From the NCBI GenBank assembly GCA_051294375.1, contig CM119267.1, forward strand, positions 8,467,543 to 8,531,542: DNA of 64,000 nt, read 5' to 3'. Below the pieces are notes generated by a model. The model saw only the letters and a list, made by a program, of their open reading frames with translations. It searched no databases and had not been told where the DNA came from. A program made the position numbers and the translations under genes. The DNA comes from Paraspadella gotoi. Taxonomy: Eukaryota > Animalia > Chaetognatha. Below, in pieces: positions 24,191 to 64,000 of the stretch; within the stretch, counting starts at the first letter, position 1; every line of letters starts with the position of its first letter.

Positions 24191-25827
24191 CCTGTAGTCT
24201 TCTCGTGTGATGGTCGAAGTGTCGGCCAACACGACCCACTGAACGCCTTCCGTGCAAGGCGGAGTCGTCAAGCTCCCGTTGTATCTGAAAAAAAAAGAAA
24301 GATAAATTAATTAAGACAATAAAAGAGAATAAACAGTTAAAAATAATAACGAAAAATCTAGACTAGAGCAGGAAATAATTTACCCTTGTGTTAAAAAAAA
24401 AAATTAAATAAATAAATAAATAAATATATAAAAAATAAATTAGTTATTTAGATAAAATAGTGAAACATGTAATTTTGCAACAGATAATAAAAACAGATAA
24501 TAACGAAAACAAAATAATAATAAAAAAGAAAAACAGTTCTGTCCCGATCCGTCCCCCCCCCNNNNNNNNNNNNCCCCCCCCACCAACGATTCGAACCTGA
24601 AATAGGGTGGGTTCTCAATGTTGACGAACTTGTTGAGCCTCAATTGCGGGCGTCGAGGCGGCGTTAACTGAGCCGGTTCGATAACATCGGCGAAGAGAGG
24701 AATGAGGGTCGCGAGACCCTCGTTCGTCGCATCTCCTTTTAATATAATTATTTTGAGGAACAGGCGACAGACCAGACCACTTCGTGCCAAACAAGACGGG
24801 TTAAGAAAAGACAATACAAGACAACGTGAAACAAGACGAGACAAGACAAGACCATAACACACTAGCCAAAAAGACAGGTCAAATATCCGCCTCTTCAAAG
24901 CTTATTCAGAAATATGAACATGAACATGAACATTAAACAATCCCAACCGAAATCGAAGAGCTGAGCGACGACAGCGAGCCTCCCGTCCACAGCGTTCTTG
25001 TGGACAAGGTGCATCTCGAGTCGGAACCGGTGGGAGGCGATCTTGTGCTCGGACGGCCAATGGAAGTGGAATTGCTGGAGGTCGTAGCGGACCCCGTCCA
25101 GTTTGATTCCGATATTCGGCGACTCTCCTGCGCTCAGGGTCACCTGGAGTAAGGAAGGAATGGAAAGATGTGATTTTTTTTGTTTTTTATTAAAAATAAT
25201 ATTCTTTTATAAAGATCATGACACGATTTATGTAGCATTTTTCGACTAGCCTGGACTGAGTGGCCGTTGTTGGCGATGACGTAGTAGAAGAGTGACACGG
25301 AATCGTAGCCATAAAATTTCAATCCTGCCGGAATATGCAATGTATTTTTTTTTAAATCAAAGATCGAACAAAATAACGAAATAACCAACGCCCGCTGGCA
25401 CCTTCGGTTCCACGGTTGATGCGGACTCCAACGGTGCTGCGGATGTTGATGGGCGATTGGGACTGGCCGGTTCGGCAGAGCATCGGCCAGTTGGAAGGAT
25501 CGTGCAATGGATCGTTCCATGATCGATAGGCGAAGGTCCCGTGGGCGCAGACTTGATGGAGATGGAGGTAGAAGATTGGGTGAATTTTTGTGAATTACAT
25601 ATTTTTAAATTTCACTATTGCGAGTTTCGGGACATCGGCCAAGTAAGAAAACGATTAGTTGAAGAAATTTGAAAAGAGAAAGAAAATAGGAAGATTTATG
25701 TCCATCTTAATCAAATTGCAAAACAAATGACAATGAAAATAATCTAACGCTTACTTCCTTCTTGTGTGTCGGCAGCGACATAACTTATCGTTGTGAGCGC
25801 AAAAATCCAAAGCGTTAAAGCCGGCAT
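24191..25827 (-). CDS. Secreted alpha-carbonic anhydrase with intact active site; final exon(s) below 24191 not resolved
   Basis: Signal peptide [19 protein letters not shown]; motifs [66 protein letters not shown]. All three Zn-binding His and the His64 equivalent are present. Confidence 0.92.
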
Positions 25828-28800
25828 TTTTCTTTTTTGAAAATTAGCGACTAAAATTTAAAAAAAAAATGGTAAAAAAAATTAAAAAAAATAGATTCGA
25901 ACAATATATGTATATATATATAATTTAAATTAGTTTGAATCAATACTGTAAAATTGTAGGGCTTGTAACTAAGTGAAAAGATAAACTAAGGGGAGATTCC
26001 GACTCGGGATACACTTCGGGTTCATTCGCAACACCCAAAGTTTGTCTTCGTCGAAAGAACCACCGGGTACCAATCAAAGTCAACAAAGAAAAAAAAACCA
26101 GAATCGATTAAAAAAAAACAATATTCTTTCTTTTTTTTAATGTTTAACTACATTTTAAAGAAGACAATTTGAAACATTTTGAGTTATTTTAAGTAATTTC
26201 AAAGATGATTCGACGCCGGTCTGTCATTGAATTAGTGTTGCGAGGCATCGCTGGAATCTTGCCCTTTTTTCAGGAGGATTATTTACAGTTACTATTTGTT
26301 CGTCGGAGTTTGGTTCTTCTTTTAAGTTTTCGTTTAGGTTTAGATAAATAAAAAAGATGACTAAATAGTAAATACCGGCCCGAAAGAAAAAAATTTAAAA
26401 AACTTTAAATTATTATTTCAGAAGAACCAGGGCGTATTCCCTGTTATATTTTAGTGTATAAAAATGATTAAATCCAGTGAAAGCGTTTATGTCAATAGAG
26501 AAGGACTTAAGTTCACAGTCTCAAACAGAGGATGCGGGCCAAAACTAAAAACCATAACAACAGAATGAATGTAAAACTAACTATTGTAATTTTTTTTACA
26601 AACAATTTTTCAACAGAGTACATACCTCTGAATGTGTCAATTTTTTGGAAGTATCACAACTTCTCTGATTTCAGTAAAAAAATTCCTCCATGTCATCTCG
26701 AACTCGATATGATTAAATTCTTAAGATCACGACGCTGAGGTAGCTAAAAATATGATTTGATTTTGAAACTCTCAATTTACAAGTCGTGAAGCCGTGTCTC
26801 TGTGCATTCTTAAGTTACGGCCTCTCAAAAGACGTGACAGACTGACCATTAGGACAACAACCGAGTTGACGGCGATGCCCAGCTGGATGGAACATCTCAC
26901 CAGCCCCTGGCGCGTTAGCACTAGTACCGTCTCGCTTTTCTCACGCGGCGGTTGGGATGAGGGGTTCATTGACGGAGTCATTGGCAATACTTAATAGCTT
27001 AATAGCTTAATAGCTTAATAGTATTGGTGAAACTATTTGATTGAATCAAGAAAAAGTGAAAGATACAGCGATTAAGCGATTTGATCTTTTTTATTCATCC
27101 AGTTTCGATAACAAAATCACAAGTTTTTTTTGTAAAATGCCGTTTACAGTGCTTATAATTGTTTTTGTTCTGTTACAAGAATGAAAGAAAAAAATAACAA
27201 CGTAATTTAAATATTTATAATCGTAACATAAGTGGATTCGTTGCAATTAATTTCTTGGCAGAAATTGTGAAAGATTTTTGTTTGTTTTTTTTTCTGTTTT
27301 TTTTTCGCTTTTGTAAGTTGTTGTTTTTTTTTTTTGCAATCGCACATAACAAGATAGAAAATCAAGCATTTATCTATTTAAAAAAAAAACCAAATCAGAT
27401 CAGAGAAGGGGAGAGATGGATGCACGAAGCACAAGCCACACGTGGCTTAATGTCGAAGGTCAACATCTTGAACTCAGGAACTGCGGGTTACATAGGGGAC
27501 AGTTTAGAGAAGCGTCACATTATCTCAGGGCGACAGCGTTCTAGAAGTAAGCTACGCTTTTCGCATTTCGTACGGAACAGTATCGATAAATAAGTATCGC
27601 ATTCTAACGTTGGATAGTATATTCGAGAAATAATCGTCGCTTTCGTTATTTTTCACGGGACAGATTTGAAAATTAAGCGTCAACTTATTCATTAATGGAC
27701 AGAATCGAGAATTTAAATTTTAAAGCGTCACGTTCGTAATTATTCTCGTGCGATATCGGGACAGATTAAAGTCTCCACCGGTCACGCGTACATAATAAGT
27801 ACTTTAGGAAAATTGTACGGGTTCCACCGAGCGCGACCCGGCGTCGGACATTTTTTTTTTATTTTAAAAAAAATTACGTCATGCGTTTACCGAGCGTCGG
27901 GAAAAAGGGTTAGCAGCAGAAAATTCGCTCTTTACCAAGAGAGATAGAGAGATAGCGCACGGACTCGTTAGTTAAAAAATCGGTAGTGATGTTTGCGTCT
28001 GGCGAAGGTAATGCGTTTAGCGAGGATATTGCATAGTAATATTTATTATGCGCAGGTAGTAGTAGGCACACCAACCATTTTCGAGGAGAGAGGAAAAACT
28101 GATACAAAGGGAGAAGCGAGTTTGCTTTTTTTTTTCTCTGGTGCATTCGACAAACGTGAATGATTGACAAAAACACGAAAAACCAAATACAGTTTGGATG
28201 CAGGAACATGTAACTTTTTTTTTGGTACAACAATGATTTTTTTTTCTTTTTTTTTTTGTAATGGACGTCTAACAAAGCGGTGGAGACATTGACGGCAACA
28301 GTTAGGGTGGTAATCGCAAACTTTACGGGTGACATCACTCCAATAAATCACGTTTATGAAATTGGTACAACCAATTTTTTTTGGCTCAGAAATTTGTTGG
28401 CGGAGAAATTTTTTTTTTTTTCGTCTTACAAATTTTTTTTTTCTTAATCGTGAACGATCAGGGTGCGACAAAAACATCGGGAGAAAAACGTTTGTTTTTT
28501 AAAATATAATTTTTTTGATTAATTAAATATTTACTCGATCGTTAATTTTAAAACTCCTGTCGTTTAGTTTGAGGAAGAAAACTGGGAAAACTTGGACAAA
28601 AAAAATAGACATCTGGTTCTTATTGGAAGCAAACGTTTTTTCAAACCCCATTGCGAGCAGAGAAGGTGATAAACGTTTAAAAAAACATTTAGTACAATTG
28701 GTCGCTGCACGATGCAATAACTTACTGCATTTCATTCGTTCAGCCAAACACTGCGTGCGTTTTAATTCAAAGACAAGCTAAGTAAAGATTAGGATTAACC

Positions 28801-30490
28801 GCTCTATCAAAATATTAAGGCACTTTTATAAGTACTCAATATTACTAAAAAAAATTTTCTGGTTTAGCTTTTTGACTGACATCCGCAAATTACATGGAAT
28901 ATTTGGATTTTCAAACAACTCCTTCATAAATGTAAGTTCTCTCCCTTTTTCATAGTTATATTTTCTTCATATCATTAATTTTAATTAAACAATGTCGCGA
29001 TCTCTATTAAGGGGAAAATGACTTAATGTTATCTTAAGTTATGTCGTCATAGGGACTTAATTAATCCTTAGTCTTATCTGACTCGTAAAACGATTCTTAT
29101 AACGTTGTACATAATCGACCGACAAACCGACATGGCAAATCTAAAAATGTCGCGCATGCGACTAAAAAACACTGACTTTAACGAGAGATTTCTTGAGGTA
29201 TTCTGACCGAATTCTTTGGATTCTTATCATTTTTAGAGAATCATGACGATAGACAGCATCAAACCTGGTCCTTATGACGATGACAAGGCGTGCCGGGATC
29301 GGGATTTCACAGGGAATGAGCATCACAGGGGAAATCACATGAATACAAACTCAAAAAAAATTAAACTGGAAGAAAAAAAAAAACAAAGTCGAGGCGAAAG
29401 GATGTAACTTGGAGCGGCAGATGTTTTTTTTTTAAAAGGGATTTATCCTTGAAACGCAATATGTTACTAAAGTGAAAACAATGACATTTAAAACAAGGTG
29501 CGTCTGCTCGCAATTATTACATTCATTGCGTAGTAAACATTAAGCAAGCAAAAACAAAAAATTGGGGAGGATTGAAAATTAAAAAAAAAAAAAAAAAAAA
29601 TTGACGCAATTTCTTTCGAGTCCGACTGCTTTGTGTTTATCAGTGTGATTATTTTTACGTTTTAAATTTGTTGGGGGAAAATACGAAAAATGCAACCAAA
29701 AGAGAGACAAATGACAGGATGCATTCAGGCGATGCCGTTTTTACTTCATTCGCGATGACAGATATAACGAATAATAACATCGTTTAGAGGTAAGTAAATC
29801 ATTATTACATCGTCGTCTTCATCTACGGACTACATCTAGCATTTTTCGATAACAATTCGGCTTTTTTTTTAAAAATCAACAATCCTCGTAGACGTAACAA
29901 AAATAATAAATACAAATTTCCGTGAGAACTTGGAGAGTTGAACAAAGATACAGAAACAGGTTGCATGATTTTTTTGATGGGTGGAAAATTCACGTTTTCA
30001 TCTGTTTCTTACTGACATAAAAAAAAAACTGACCATATAAAACTAACAGATCCAGTTAGATAAGCTTTGAAAGCGCGACAGTAACTTTGTTTTTTTTTGT
30101 TTTGTTTTTGAGGATGGACAAAGATAATGAGGATGATTAAATTCCGGGTACCGCGCGATCTTCCTCAATACAAGATAATAACGAATAACAAATGATAAAT
30201 AAAATTTATATTCATACTGGCGCGGCACCCGGCGTCGTGTTGTCACGTGAGGGCAGTAGTAGTGATTTCCCTTTTGTTAGCTTTTTTTTTTTTAATGCTG
30301 AGCCTTTCTTACTGTTTTTGCTGTTCTTTCATTCTACTGTTGCCTTGTTTTGTTTTGTTTTTTTTTGAAAGTTTTTTTTTTCTCGTGTAATCGTTGGTGA
30401 ATTATTTGCTGTTGCTGTTTTGTTTTTGCAGGATTTTTATTTTCTAATTCCGTGATCATTGTTGCATTGTTGTTTAAATGTGTTTGCCTT

Positions 30491-62646
<32,156 letters not shown>

Positions 62647-64000
62647 CTGAGGAAGGAAAAAGGAAAGGGAGGAAAGGGAGGAAAGGGAGAGGTGATTAGC
62701 GTGAAAGAGAGGTGAAAGAGAGAGGGTGAAGATTTAAAAAGGGCCGATAATTAGGAGAGGAGATTTAATGTGGAGGAATGGAAAAGGAAATAAAGCTTGG
62801 AGGTAAAGGGAGTAGGAAAAGAATTAAAAAAAAAAGAAGAGAAAAGTAAAGGAGAGTGGATGAAACAAAACAAGAGAGAAAAAAAGGAAGGTAGGAAACG
62901 AATTAGATTACAGTTGAGTTAGAACAATGAAAAGAGAGGGGAAAAAAAGAGAGAAAGGAAGAGTGGAAGAAACAACCCGAGAGCAGAGCGAGTTTTAAAG
63001 AAAGAAAAAAGAAAGGCGGTTGAAAGAAGAAAAATATATCACGTGCGAGCGTTCACGATCGTTATCACGAAACGTTTTCTCGTTTCTCCCTCTCAACTTT
63101 TTTTCTCCTTTTTTTTCCTCTCACTTAATCCTCTCCTTTCCCTTTTTCAACATCTTCTTTTTTTCACTTCCTTGGGGCGAAGCCAAAAAAAAAAATATAT
63201 ATATTTCCGCTAATGAGGGAAAATCTTCGAAACTCTTTCTTTATAGTTGCGCCGCGAGTACTTTATAAGTCACTTTTCGGTCGGTCAGTCGGTCCGTCGG
63301 TATGTCTGTCGGTCTGTTCTACTTACGTTAAAAATAATTTGCTTATAGTTGGTTGTAAATTTTTGAAGAAAAAAACCCTCAAATTTAAGGGACTGCTCGC
63401 GCTAGATTCAGGAATTCCTAAAAACTATAAAGAATAAAAGATTGATTTTTGTGCAGTGCAAAAAAGTTTTTTAGTAATGTCATATCATATCATATCATAT
63501 CATCAAAAAATAAAGCTCACTGCGGCGACAACACATTTGGAATTACCCTTTTCTTGTTTTTTTTTTTTCTTTTTCTTTTCTCTCGCCCCCGTGTTTTTCC
63601 CCCTCCTTTTTTTCAGATGTTAATCGGCGACGGACATCTCTCTGTCGGCTCATTCTTCCCTTTTCTCGTCTTCATCGTCGTCATAAAATTAATCAGTCAA
63701 ATTTATTCTCGTCATTCTCATCGCGGGGACGCAAAAACTGACGACGTCGCACGGAGCTCAATCTCTTGGATCTGTTGGCGTATATTAATTAATAAATGTT
63801 TTTGCATTTTAGCACAGTGATCCTTAAATGAAAATATATATCAATATAGATAAAGGACTAGGCTTCAATAGAAGCAGCAAATAAGAAACTCCACTGGAAT
63901 GAAGAGGGCTTCGCAGACAATAAAAATCATGAGCCGAAAATCAAACGCAACCATCAGGATTGGCTTTCCTTAAATTTTATTAAGGAATTTCGTTTCCTCA

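Overview
Draft-assembly DNA from a eukaryote (invertebrate animal): GC-rich exons, short AT-rich introns, many microsatellites, N gaps and some indel-rich patches. All gene models below were spliced by hand, with no database search. In order: (-) an SLC22/MFS transporter with a greatly enlarged central loop, carrying a tRNA-derived SINE in one intron; (+) a Ser/Thr-rich protein with a C-terminal hydrophobic tail; (-) a secreted acatalytic carbonic anhydrase-related protein; (+) a secreted protein of 12 four-Cys repeats, followed by a noisy tandem copy; (+) an allatostatin-C-type neuropeptide precursor; (-) a secreted alpha-carbonic anhydrase with all Zn ligands; (-) a large UNC5-like (ZU5-UPA...death domain) gene whose ~21.8 kb intron appears to hold antisense nested genes. 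The most striking nested gene (43475-55724, about 25 exons, about 2,200 aa) encodes a paladin/PTP-like-phytase domain with a Cys->Ser dead P-loop, split by nine tandem adenylate kinase domains arranged as 3 x (divergent, intact, intact). GC splice donors and AAG acceptors look unusually frequent.
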